Shown here piece after piece: positions 41,201 to 47,833 of a DNA stretch of 64,000 nucleotides. The notes beneath the pieces were generated by a model that made no database searches, had not been told where the DNA came from, and saw only the letters and a list, made by a program, of their open reading frames with translations. Source of the stretch: an uncultured virus (IMG/VR IMGVR_UViG_3300027782_000076) (lineage: Duplodnaviria; Heunggongvirae; Uroviricota; Caudoviricetes; Crassvirales); the IMG/VR virus record IMGVR_UViG_3300027782_000076. One strand, written 5' to 3'. A program made the position numbers and the translations under genes. Every line of letters begins with the position of its first letter. Position 1 is the stretch's first letter.

Positions 41201-43739
41201 TAATGATTACGTAAGGCAGTTCTTTAACAAGAAGGCTAATGGTGAGGCATTTAATACCGACTACAATAACGTAGAGAGAGGTATAGCTTCATTTATGATG
41301 AGGAATGTTATTGGCACCGAGCAGCAAATGCAAACTGAGTTTAACAGAAGAAAAAATTTACTTGAAGAATCTATTGAAGTTTTATCTAAGGGTAACGATA
41401 TAGAAAAACAAAAGGGTGATTTATACCAAAAGGCATACGATAAGATTGTAAAAGACTCTAAGACTATTCAGGAAATAAAAAGCAAAACTGATGCAACTAA
41501 CTTAGAGGCTATTAATTTTTGGACAAGCCAATGGGCTGATAAATACCAAGAGCTATCTGATGTATCTGAGAATGTCTATAATAAAATATTAGACAAAGAT
41601 ATTAACTATAGCCCTGATAGATTTGCAAAGATAAGTTCTGATACAGGTGAGGTTGAATTAGCAAACGACGAGTCTGCATTCCATAGTAATAATGGTACTA
41701 TCTATAAGAAAGAGACAGGCGTATTGATGAAGGCAATTAAGCCTCAAACTTTACCTACCAATAAAAAGAATGGTAAACCTACATCTTATATTGAGCTATC
41801 TTTTGATAAAAACAATTCAAATTCAATGTACGATGCTCTCGTTGATATGAAGACAGCGTCGGCTATTAGACAGATAGAGGCATTTGAAAACTCGGCAGAA
41901 TTTGAGAAGATTGTACCTACAGCTGACGATGCTAAAATATTAAAAGATAGAATTCAATTATATGTAAGAAACATTAGAAATAAAAGTCCTTACTCGGACG
42001 ACCAATTCTCTAAGGCTGTTAGAAATTTAAATAGACTTGCAGCCTTTGGTGTAGGTCAGGCTTTAAGTGGATTTGGTCAGCCTATCAAGCAGATGGTTCC
42101 CGTACTTACCAACACATTAATTAATGCAGGTAGCATAGATATTATGAGTGGCTTCAATGCGGCTAAGCAAAAGTTTATGAGCGAGTCAGGATATGGTATT
42201 GCAAATAGAGGTGTTGAATCACAGGCTCAAATTGAATCTCTTAATAAATTAATTGACAAAGCGCCTACAGGTAATTTTGATAAATCAATAAAATGGATTG
42301 AAAACGTAAATAGAAAATACTTAGAGTTTTTCTTAGTTAACCCCGACGTATTTATAGCGAGAGCATCTTGGATGTCTTACTACGAAAAGTCTTTAAAGGA
42401 ACAAGGAGTAGACCCTAACGGTGTTGACTATAATACTCACGAGTTAAATGAGAAGGCGGCAAACTACGCTCAGCGTATGGTTGACAGACAGCAAAATATA
42501 TCTGACGTAGATTTGTCGGGTAAATTATTTGCAAGTAAGGAATCATCTAATCAAGTTCTTGTAAAAATGTTAATGCCTTTTGCAAGTTTTAGAATGAACC
42601 AATCGGCAAGATTAGGTGCCGACCTTGCAACATTAGCTGACAAGACTGCAACTGCAGAAGATAAGAAGATTGCATCAAAATCTCTTGCAGGTTTTGGAGT
42701 CGAGTTAGCTACATTTAAAATTATTAGTGCAGGTATCGCTATCACATTAGGTACATTAACTAAAATGTTAATGGGTCAGGATGAGGACGAGGAAGAAAAA
42801 GATAAGCGTATTAATAATGTAATTAAGGGTCAATGGACAGGTACAATTACAGATATTATATCTCCATTGCCTGTTGTAGATAAACCAATTCAAGTGGCAG
42901 TAGAAAGTGTTTCTACTTTATTAGAAGAGGGAACAGGACTTCCTGTATCTACCTTTGGTGTAAGTAAATCAGATTGGACTTCTAACTTAGGTACGTTTGG
43001 TATCTCAGCACAAAGAGCTACCGAGCTTTATGATATGAGTATGTTAGCGGCAACAGGAGAGTACACCGATGACTTTAATAAGAAGAAGACCATCTCAAGT
43101 GAAAGTCAAAGTCAAATAACTAAATTACTACCATTTGCAATGCTTTCAAATATGGGTCTTGCTCCTTCGGAGGTAAACACAGTGGTTAAGAATGCTGTTA
43201 AGTATGCTAAGAAGAATACAAAGTCTCCTGAAGAAAAACAGCAGGCTAAAGAAAATAAAGAGGAAAGAGAATCTACTAAGCAAGAAAAGATTAACGCACT
43301 TAGAACTATCATCGAGGAATCTAATGACGAAGCCATCATAAAACAGGCACAAGAAAAGATTGATGAGGTAGATGCCGATAGCGAAGAGAAAAAAATCATT
43401 AAGCAGGAGAACGCTGAAGAAAAGCAAGCAAAGAAAAAGTTATTGGTTGACCCTGATACAGGTGAGGAGTACGACAGCGAGTCAGACTTAAAGAGATACA
43501 ATAAAGATTTGTGGGAACAAAATTTTGGTGAGGGGTCTGATTGGTACGAAAGTCATAAGGAAGAGAAAGAGGTAGAGAGTCTTCTTAGAAAGAAAGTTCA
43601 ACAGATGAAGGACGAGGAAATGAATTATACAGGAAGAAATTCTGACGGTAGCAAAAAAAGATTTGGAGCGAGCGGTACAAAGAAAGCTCAAAGGTTTGGT
43701 TCGAGCAGTAAGGGTAAGGTTAAAAGGTTTGGCTCTTAG
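32262..43739 (+). CDS. Giant multidomain (polyvalent-type) virion protein, 3825 aa
   Basis: ParB/Srx-like ITDGHHR, zincin HEIFH..EEYLAE, PcfJ-like NTYWCT..PRIAVRM..EVRG, 20-aa repeats, helical C-terminus. Confidence 0.8.
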   Translation: MQDIKQALRDFVATSNSGKYTDEKILLSKFPELQGYDVEALRDFVATSNSGKYTNEDELFSKFPEFNLSGAQPTLKKKEPTTTESSLAGTSSGLSSEQNLNPFAKNTVGIPQPTKTVAAQETIQPTEGFATTPVETITETIAPVKTKKQEVEDILKNVKITEEVPVIKPFDKETEKILSEGPKSKRTSLASNYSDNFLLGIGALSKMAASIPEAAYTLMAIPQNAVALATGLNIAMDANNFKKNQGLKNPLLDAVNREQELTAKKIETFNKENYESSSVYENIKKGNYGDAFELMGAGIIQSAPVSVAMMYGGATLTKAEFLTAGTSAFFQENYDELDKENPDMSKIEKTFRGLGMAGAETFFAFLGDVPIGQVYKSIIAKEGFEAGKSIFKNGLVQAYKTALRKYGVPIGLVGEGLEEAATQVTQNMISGKDATEGVADAFIIGSGAGGVFTAPLTAIQGVEQVKNLTKDYQAKSTINTILKDKDVELTQVYNVPKADKFTPEQIDIANTDRSRDILRKNLLSQLKSGAITKADAKQSLYVFDKVQQVSNEVKDLNISSTEKAEVANLLSERNDLATQIQNKEPILVAKEKEKIIELENKIVDVIQKSTFNETTKTKEDAIQEPSTDESLLLGEQPEVGLPKVEEGNAQPEGPTEGTTEVTPAQPQEEVSFSLDNIKKEGVNGKYYSGSLNELIFLDPKDLRGLNDDEEIAAYRNKQESKKENNWTDKQWAESILDVPTSEYPIMATLAPDGKIKITDGHHRQLAAIILNKNLAVKLKVDNYVDEKGKPTLLEYLNSKVKEPEVSLKTPEQEVTELKGLFGKKQATTDSGISVSDKTTVNNIKTKLADKAKTKIIESAQRGLTTLKSVLPNFDIVIHENEGSYNAAMETLNGTQSSKGNFAYSQTADGGYSGRIDINLDKADGRTVAHEIFHGVMLQAFGENPKLFKSFKDRISKVLKDSTNKQLIEFANLYEGDVTYEEYLAELGGILEQQEETISPSTLQKIAAIINEFVAKITNGTLKPFEDIKNTKDIVDFFNTISESIRKGEEINLKYNNNGLVSKSVSKAQAEKIFSGEESRPVFKTLNEVADWLSAWSKKNKIVKKDLTSATDKSIVNAIVDHTKKELDAWEKVKDGYEGFYDEDIPLKLNPELVSWAKKKYNRELTTSEISLYHILSSFASPSATPVFDSNIGLQIFDKYLRTGELSAYTDKQATMWETDKKGKRFDTGKPKFDEKGNPVMSQIARAYATESLNKFKSIVDYFKGDVKKAVEWIESKHSYEELSKVMGTPLKGAKSLQPHENLSREDGGFGVFATSGPKLGSYILNRVGEYGTVTKDLWYARTMARLFGEPLVDSKGEVLKNPWATTIEGNRRRKLADDAWSIVAKDLNTKPAIIQQRVWDFEKRLWQMLGAESSAAGKASEGLKRGIEEVEKKSQISKSQVDNRKKAIAVANTMGMNDKGFFKRDSNPSQLNNMLRQYGYGVKQAKLTPDGFGGGYYLVDEEGKKAIKTPISKAQKINLRDYKTKEVKGEELKVGDIYVRDIFGERFVYKLLEIPRVDWVKGNFFNADVEILHIGTWNNENAKKYGIKEKIIGDKTLDRFKSPRANLRKFGKLKLIENWNEVNSAINTPISKAQKVQEEVEQMQQSIPVPISKAQKGLINLTENDVLKYKRVGIEDKRTAQAMNQIGLSGVKFTKEEVDKKIREEFNKLIKDIDFYVINEDSPAITQAIKAEITTLEDEGASLDRIERAKSALDENSPMRTNFISEYARAQEETLSQWKSYLYQSDYSDAFKYIILDAVLTHNYDAKTGAYTKRSNKTIRNFTPFDAGTLASIYDSESKALLKDYVEVQGNNAKNIIGANSMESTNEGTWLKFEGGNNAKDLTGTANKLSQLVQNTYWCTKTNAQSQLRGGDFYVFVTEDNKGEYIPRIAVRMEGDKVGEVRGNASSKQDLEPSMLPVADKFLKESIPNNSGKKWLDSIAYNTKVKDFTKKILNSKISKDDILEYFDIKKDINKYSVDYGENGLVSILRENFNEKIRKNNFTEDLNGKVAQGSYDINENTEILLDNLSSTFDDLKLIKNLKFITGNVNLEDSEIISLGNLEFIGGNLNLRNSDLKDLGNLKTIGGSVLFKESKIKSLGNLESIGANADFSDSKVESLGNLKSIGGIAEFQDSFIEDLGNLETIGQRGYFSRSDVKSLGKLKSIGDGGYFWGSNIKSLGNLEFIGGDIDIGDSKIEDLGNLKTISGNARFGNSQIKNLGNLETIGGYADFIHSNVENLGKLKTINRDVYFKESKIKDLGNLKTIGGNVYFNDSKIESLGNLDSIGQNAYFTNSNFKSLNNLKSIGGNAFFSNSSVEDLGDLKTIGIDADFEDSKVKSLGNLKTIIGSAYFQDSKVESLGNLESVGVNINITRSNIPNLGKLKFIGGILYSDIPVLNAEALDIKDKQSPTLSRSQLTDPITKVVREARAQGFSEEAIKLFLEGEGVSASEIESAMSPETPASARVKISEKLSAGFDRMMGEVEGIIEKSKRRNVDQAKITENVISYVMGSKVYENATDVQREKIIRDIKTKFGINLKSAPSVAKLFGTLNDVKKFTLTEKQLYIKRLKELQEGAKTAIAAWKQASVLMAKEIKALVKSGTITARQEGFIISKFAKVNMLSPKSVLRFVDYMGKVFADAEYGAQLGTAKGLRSDIKKLSKNKEKNADFRKLAEEFINIDPAMVDDIYAYNEMASQIKSSVKGSTLRGEKVKFSDVVSIQDATRYISDTLRVQDKKILEEQRAEVQELMGIDASDMTPEQLRDLLEGEGEVKVTKYNESIVRSLLDKAFKAYSGVIDEILKTGYDAFYTGEKVELTKNQKTLIKQFMDMDLTVLTPKESLQAVDALANFIQNQSTAKMETVVSDYTGRLNARKLAASGVKAQPLMKYKSKGFGKFLAEQTTTLPILFEKMFKGFNRSGEVMDMMGVTKLINGKSLAQNMSNIIVNDYVRQFFNKKANGEAFNTDYNNVERGIASFMMRNVIGTEQQMQTEFNRRKNLLEESIEVLSKGNDIEKQKGDLYQKAYDKIVKDSKTIQEIKSKTDATNLEAINFWTSQWADKYQELSDVSENVYNKILDKDINYSPDRFAKISSDTGEVELANDESAFHSNNGTIYKKETGVLMKAIKPQTLPTNKKNGKPTSYIELSFDKNNSNSMYDALVDMKTASAIRQIEAFENSAEFEKIVPTADDAKILKDRIQLYVRNIRNKSPYSDDQFSKAVRNLNRLAAFGVGQALSGFGQPIKQMVPVLTNTLINAGSIDIMSGFNAAKQKFMSESGYGIANRGVESQAQIESLNKLIDKAPTGNFDKSIKWIENVNRKYLEFFLVNPDVFIARASWMSYYEKSLKEQGVDPNGVDYNTHELNEKAANYAQRMVDRQQNISDVDLSGKLFASKESSNQVLVKMLMPFASFRMNQSARLGADLATLADKTATAEDKKIASKSLAGFGVELATFKIISAGIAITLGTLTKMLMGQDEDEEEKDKRINNVIKGQWTGTITDIISPLPVVDKPIQVAVESVSTLLEEGTGLPVSTFGVSKSDWTSNLGTFGISAQRATELYDMSMLAATGEYTDDFNKKKTISSESQSQITKLLPFAMLSNMGLAPSEVNTVVKNAVKYAKKNTKSPEEKQQAKENKEERESTKQEKINALRTIIEESNDEAIIKQAQEKIDEVDADSEEKKIIKQENAEEKQAKKKLLVDPDTGEEYDSESDLKRYNKDLWEQNFGEGSDWYESHKEEKEVESLLRKKVQQMKDEEMNYTGRNSDGSKKRFGASGTKKAQRFGSSSKGKVKRFGS
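32280..32460 (+). repeat. Two 99-bp (33-aa) tandem repeats
   Basis: ALRDFVATSNSGKYT.E..L.SKFPE occurs twice. Confidence 0.85.
38490..39540 (+). repeat. 17-18 tandem in-frame 60-bp repeats (20-aa LRR-like)
   Basis: TTAGGTAATTTA core every 60 nt from 38550 to 39510; consensus LGNLKxIGGxAxFxxSxIxS. Confidence 0.92.
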
Positions 43740-44152
43740 GTAAATCGTATATACTTCAACGCTTTTTGTTTATCGTAGTATATCATTAGCTCAGCATCAT
43801 TATAGGAACCTACACGTGGGGCACGTCCGCCCCACTTGGCTTCCCCTATTAATTTATTTGCCTTGCCGTAAATGATACCATCTTCACAAGACCATATTAT
43901 AACGGGCATAATGCGCTTGTCTATTAGCTTCACAATTTTCTTAGCAGATATTGGAAGCGGATACGCCATTCTCATAGACCTTAGTCTGCCCTTTACTTCT
44001 ACGTAAGCAATAAGTTTGCCTTCCTTATCAAATACTTTGTAGTCAATATCAAGAGGGTCAAGTTTTTTATATGAACCTCCAAACATTTTTACAAATAATT
44101 CAATTGCCTTCTTCTCTCTAATTAAGTCTTGCTCTGTCTCAAAAATCGTCAT
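43736..44152 (-). CDS. PD-(D/E)xK nuclease-like protein
   Basis: DIDY...YVEVKGR motif. Confidence 0.55.
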   Translation of the reverse strand: MTIFETEQDLIREKKAIELFVKMFGGSYKKLDPLDIDYKVFDKEGKLIAYVEVKGRLRSMRMAYPLPISAKKIVKLIDKRIMPVIIWSCEDGIIYGKANKLIGEAKWGGRAPRVGSYNDAELMIYYDKQKALKYIRFT

Positions 44153-44336
44153 CGTCCACTGATTTAATAATACCTTTCAGTTCAGTAATAATACTTCTAA
44201 TATCATTCTTTACTGCATCAAATTCTCTGTCTACTAATTTTTCGTAGACAACGGTCAACGTCTTATGACAGCTGTCTATGCTGAAAAAGATTCTAAACGC
44301 TCTGTCGTTCTCCTCCTTAAAGTTTTCTATACTCAT
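44139..44336 (-). CDS. Hypothetical protein
   Basis: Coupled ORF in the minus-strand operon. Confidence 0.55.
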   Translation of the reverse strand: MSIENFKEENDRAFRIFFSIDSCHKTLTVVYEKLVDREFDAVKNDIRSIITELKGIIKSVDDDDF

Positions 44337-44632
44337 TGCATATTTATTTTTCTTAATTTAAAATATTCATTTAGTCTTTCTGAAAGTGCGTGTGTAGTTA
44401 CTTTATACTTATCAGCGTAATACTTCATACTCATCCCGCTATTTAAAAAGTCCTCTAAAAATATTGGAAATATCTTATCAACATAAACAGACTTCTTTTT
44501 AGTATTTTTATATTTTGATTTAATTTTTCTTATTTTAAATACTTGTCTTATTTTTTTATCAGAAATATTATACTTCTGACTTAATTCGGCTATGGTAATA
44601 TCGTTCTTTTGGTAATCCTCTACAAAGTCCAT
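44333..44632 (-). CDS. Tandem HTH DNA-binding protein
   Basis: TIAELSQKYNIS and SMKYYADKYKVT HTH-like units. Confidence 0.55.
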   Translation of the reverse strand: MDFVEDYQKNDITIAELSQKYNISDKKIRQVFKIRKIKSKYKNTKKKSVYVDKIFPIFLEDFLNSGMSMKYYADKYKVTTHALSERLNEYFKLRKINMQ

Positions 44633-44637
44633 CTTCT

Positions 44638-44907
44638 TTATCCTTTAAATACTTCTACTTTTATCCCGTACGATTCTAATTCTTTTATTCTGTATTCCTG
44701 TAGCTTTGACAGCTTACCGTCAGGCTTCTTGACTTCGCTGAAGAGTACGTCTGAGTCACGTGGTATGGCTATCAAGTCAGGTATGCCATTCTTATTGGTC
44801 TTCATTAACTTAATAACGTAGTACCCCTGCTCTTCAAGCTCTTTTATTCTTCTTGTTTGTATCTGTTGCTCTGTCATAAATATGTTTCTCGGTGGCAATG
44901 TAATCAA
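44638..44907 (-). CDS. VRR-NUC nuclease
   Basis: E..IQ, GIPDL, FSEVK.PDGKLSKLQ; real start probably MTEQQ. Confidence 0.85.
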   Translation of the reverse strand: MITLPPRNIFMTEQQIQTRRIKELEEQGYYVIKLMKTNKNGIPDLIAIPRDSDVLFSEVKKPDGKLSKLQEYRIKELESYGIKVEVFKG

Positions 44908-45052
44908 CTAACACTTTAAGTTGCTCGCTTGCAAGTAATGACTTACATTTCTTAATGTCATTAAAGTAAGTGGTGCTGTCCTCTCTTGTGAATGCGTTCC
45001 ATAAATTGGTGTGCTCATTGTAATGGAACAAGTAATCTGTCAAACTTGTCAT
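44834..45052 (-). CDS. Hypothetical protein
   Basis: ATGA-coupled to the helicase stop. Confidence 0.5.
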   Translation of the reverse strand: MTSLTDYLFHYNEHTNLWNAFTREDSTTYFNDIKKCKSLLASEQLKVLVDYIATEKHIYDRATDTNKKNKRA

Positions 45053-46467
45053 AATAATAATTTTTTAAAATGTGAAACTGTATAATCTTTTTTCTTTGTT
45101 ACTGCTTTGTAGATGTCATATTCAATACCATCCTTGGCGAAGACCCAATACACGTCATTCTCAAGACGTTCTTTTGTGGTCATTCGGTCTTTGCTCTGCC
45201 AATAGCTTGTTGCGCTAAAGTCAATGTTGTAATAAACAAGACACGATGCTTGCCTTAAAGATATGCCTTCTCTGCCCGATACAATTTGTAGCGCTATGCT
45301 TTTGTCTGTGTCTTCAAAGACACTAAGCTCCGTTGTTAGCTCATCACCAAATGCTTGCTTGAGCGCATTCAATTCCTCTTTAAACTTATAGAATATACCA
45401 ATCTTCTTACCACGAAAGTGTGAATGGATAAACTCTGCCTTGGTGTTATCTATTACCATAGACTTACCACTCTCAAACTTCACCGTCCCTGAATATAATT
45501 GGTGTAGCTTACTCATTAACTTCACTGCGGTGTCAGCCAATATCGACTCCTCCTTACCCTCTATTACTAAATCTTTTTTAAGTCTTTTTATTAAGTCATA
45601 CGTAGACTGCTTCAACTCTACCTGTAAAACATTCTCTGTCGTTACAACTTTAAACCCTGCATCAGCCTGCGTGTAGTTTATGGTGTATGGTCTCATCACA
45701 TCGAGAATGCTTGGTAAGCCTTCGCTGTAATCATTAATGAACATACTTCCAATTTTCTTTTGCTTTACCTTAACGTGCTTGGCGCAAAACTTATAAAAGT
45801 TTACAAACTCGCTGAACGGGTTATTAGGAATACCATACACTTGATGGTACATCTGAGAGAATGACTCAGGTGTTGGTGTACCTGATAATAAAATTACTTT
45901 GCTTTTGTATTTTTGAATCACCGACTTCACCAACGACGCACGATTGCTTGGCTTTGGAAAAGCCCCCATTGAATGCGCTTCATCGCACACAATTAAATCC
46001 CACTTACATTCATTAGCTACAAGGTGTAGGCTCTCGTAATTGATAACTTTTAAATTGAACGTACCATTCATTAGATTGTAATCACGTTCAATAGAGTCAA
46101 TTGCTTTTTTCTTAGTGATAAATAAAACATTCTCGGCACCTACAGCCTTTGCTATTCCTAAACTTGTTAGTGTCTTTCCTGTTCTAACTTCCATTGTAAG
46201 ATACACGAATCCTTTTGCAGATAAAATTTCTGAGCCCCACTTGATAATGTCCTCTTGGTAATCTCGTAGTTTAAATTTATCTGAATCTGTCATATCTTTT
46301 TTATAGTAATCACAACTCGCAACAACTCTGTCAATTATTTCTTTGGGTGTATAGTATTTTAATGTGTCTTTGTTTTCTTTCTTTGCGAGAATAATATTTT
46401 TTAGTGACTCACAATATTTCCACATCATCTCATCTGAGTATGCGGGTATTCTTTCGAGTATGTCCAT
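45049..46467 (-). CDS. SNF2-like SF2 helicase
   Basis: LRDYQ, RTGKT, DEAH, LSGTP, EGISL, QSKDR motifs. Confidence 0.9.
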   Translation of the reverse strand: MDILERIPAYSDEMMWKYCESLKNIILAKKENKDTLKYYTPKEIIDRVVASCDYYKKDMTDSDKFKLRDYQEDIIKWGSEILSAKGFVYLTMEVRTGKTLTSLGIAKAVGAENVLFITKKKAIDSIERDYNLMNGTFNLKVINYESLHLVANECKWDLIVCDEAHSMGAFPKPSNRASLVKSVIQKYKSKVILLSGTPTPESFSQMYHQVYGIPNNPFSEFVNFYKFCAKHVKVKQKKIGSMFINDYSEGLPSILDVMRPYTINYTQADAGFKVVTTENVLQVELKQSTYDLIKRLKKDLVIEGKEESILADTAVKLMSKLHQLYSGTVKFESGKSMVIDNTKAEFIHSHFRGKKIGIFYKFKEELNALKQAFGDELTTELSVFEDTDKSIALQIVSGREGISLRQASCLVYYNIDFSATSYWQSKDRMTTKERLENDVYWVFAKDGIEYDIYKAVTKKKDYTVSHFKKLLL

Positions 46468-46808
46468 TAGATTATTTGTTTGTTACACGTTCCACATCTT
46501 ACACTTCTACCATATTTTGGTATTGTTGGTTTCTTACAGTCACATATATTTTTTACAACGGGCTTTGGAATAGTTATCTCCGAAAATCTTTCGTCATATA
46601 TTTTACGCAACTCAATACATTCCTCATACATCTCCTCTTGTTCAAAGTATGCAATCATAATCAATAGTTTTTCTTCCTCTATATCTTCGCTCGGCAAATG
46701 AATCACCATATTTAAACCTGAATACAATAAGTCCTCTATTGAAATTTTACCCGTAACTACATTAAATGAATTTAGCATAGCAATGTGAATGTATTGTTCG
46801 TCTGTCAT
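46467..46808 (-). CDS. Hypothetical protein with C-terminal Zn finger
   Basis: EEMYEEC..L UVR-like segment; CDC...CGTC. Confidence 0.6.
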   Translation of the reverse strand: MTDEQYIHIAMLNSFNVVTGKISIEDLLYSGLNMVIHLPSEDIEEEKLLIMIAYFEQEEMYEECIELRKIYDERFSEITIPKPVVKNICDCKKPTIPKYGRSVRCGTCNKQII

Positions 46809-47176
46809 CGTATTTTTTTTATTAATAATTTGTTATAGCAAAACTCAAATGTCAAACCCCAAGCAATTGAAAATATAAATATATCAAATATGCCTAACAT
46901 CGGCTTATAAAAAATAATTGCAAATGAAATAAACATTAGCATAAGAGCCTTTGCTAAATGCCATCCGTCCGTAAGGAACGACAGCATCGTACTTGAAAAT
47001 AAAAACTTCTCTCCGTTTGCTTTCTCGCCCCACTGCCATTTGTTTCTCCAAGACATATTCCAATCCCAAAATTGACGGTTCTTTGGAATACTAAAAATTG
47101 AAATGTAGTATCTCGTTGATAGCACATCCATTACCGCGTTACAAAACGCTGCGAGTATTATAAATATTAAGCTCAT
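46805..47176 (-). CDS. Membrane protein
   Basis: Hydrophobic segments, TDGWHLAK motif. Confidence 0.6.
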   Translation of the reverse strand: MSLIFIILAAFCNAVMDVLSTRYYISIFSIPKNRQFWDWNMSWRNKWQWGEKANGEKFLFSSTMLSFLTDGWHLAKALMLMFISFAIIFYKPMLGIFDIFIFSIAWGLTFEFCYNKLLIKKIR

Positions 47177-47397
47177 AACTTTTCTAATTCTTCTTTAACT
47201 TCTGTCCAAAACTCATATGCTCCGCTTGCTGAATCGTAATGGTATTCATATAGCGTATCAATTACTTCGTTTGTTGCTATTAATGCACATTCTTTAGCTA
47301 TATCAATATGTAAACAATCACACTCTGTATGCTCTAAAGCTGATGGTGGATGTTGAAATTTACCAATTAATTCTCTTGCTTTTTCTTTTGGTGTCAT
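47173..47397 (-). CDS. Hypothetical phage protein
   Basis: MTPKEKA.EL...AKECALIA..E...W.EVK.E pattern; coupled to neighbours. Confidence 0.65.
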   Translation of the reverse strand: MTPKEKARELIGKFQHPPSALEHTECDCLHIDIAKECALIATNEVIDTLYEYHYDSASGAYEFWTEVKEELEKL

Positions 47398-47552
47398 AGT
47401 TTCTCTGTTTCTATAAAAAATAACTCATTAATAACTTCTAATACTTCTACTAATGCATTCTTAGCACCCGCTTGGTATTGGTTGAAATCTGCATCTAACT
47501 CGTTAGCCTTATTTTCAACTATCTCTCTTAATAATTCAACTCCTGTTCTCAT
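47394..47552 (-). CDS. Hypothetical protein, 52 aa (not in ORF track)
   Basis: MRTGVELLREIVE...EKL*; ATGA overlaps on both sides. Confidence 0.6.
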   Translation of the reverse strand: MRTGVELLREIVENKANELDADFNQYQAGAKNALVEVLEVINELFFIETEKL

Positions 47553-47833
47553 AGTCTATTTATTATTGGTCCAAAATTATTTTTAATTTTCTCTTGCTTA
47601 TCTAATTCACTTTTCAAATTGGATGCCATCTCTTCGTACCATCTCGCCTTACTCAAATCTCTATCAACGGGTTGGTTTGGCTTATGCCCCAATCTCATAC
47701 GATACTTGAACGCATTCATCTCGCAATAAGAAATGTATTTTTCTTTGCCCCAAATGTCTATCATCATCTCGTAGACTTCCTTCCCACCAACCTTGTAGTG
47801 GGAAGGGTTTATGTAATCGTAATCGTTACTCAT
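47549..47833 (-). CDS. DUF3310-like protein
   Basis: INPSHY, NAFKYRMR.G.K, DL.KA.WY. Confidence 0.75.
   Translation of the reverse strand: MSNDYDYINPSHYKVGGKEVYEMMIDIWGKEKYISYCEMNAFKYRMRLGHKPNQPVDRDLSKARWYEEMASNLKSELDKQEKIKNNFGPIINRL

Noticed and set aside
34072..43691. Short antisense and alternate-frame ORFs inside the giant gene (and similar ones inside other long genes)
   Set aside because: Shadow ORFs of long coding regions with no start context or recognisable motifs
32262..43739. crAss-like virion RNA polymerase
   Set aside because: No convincing DxDxD catalytic motif in a polymerase context; the phage uses host-type promoters
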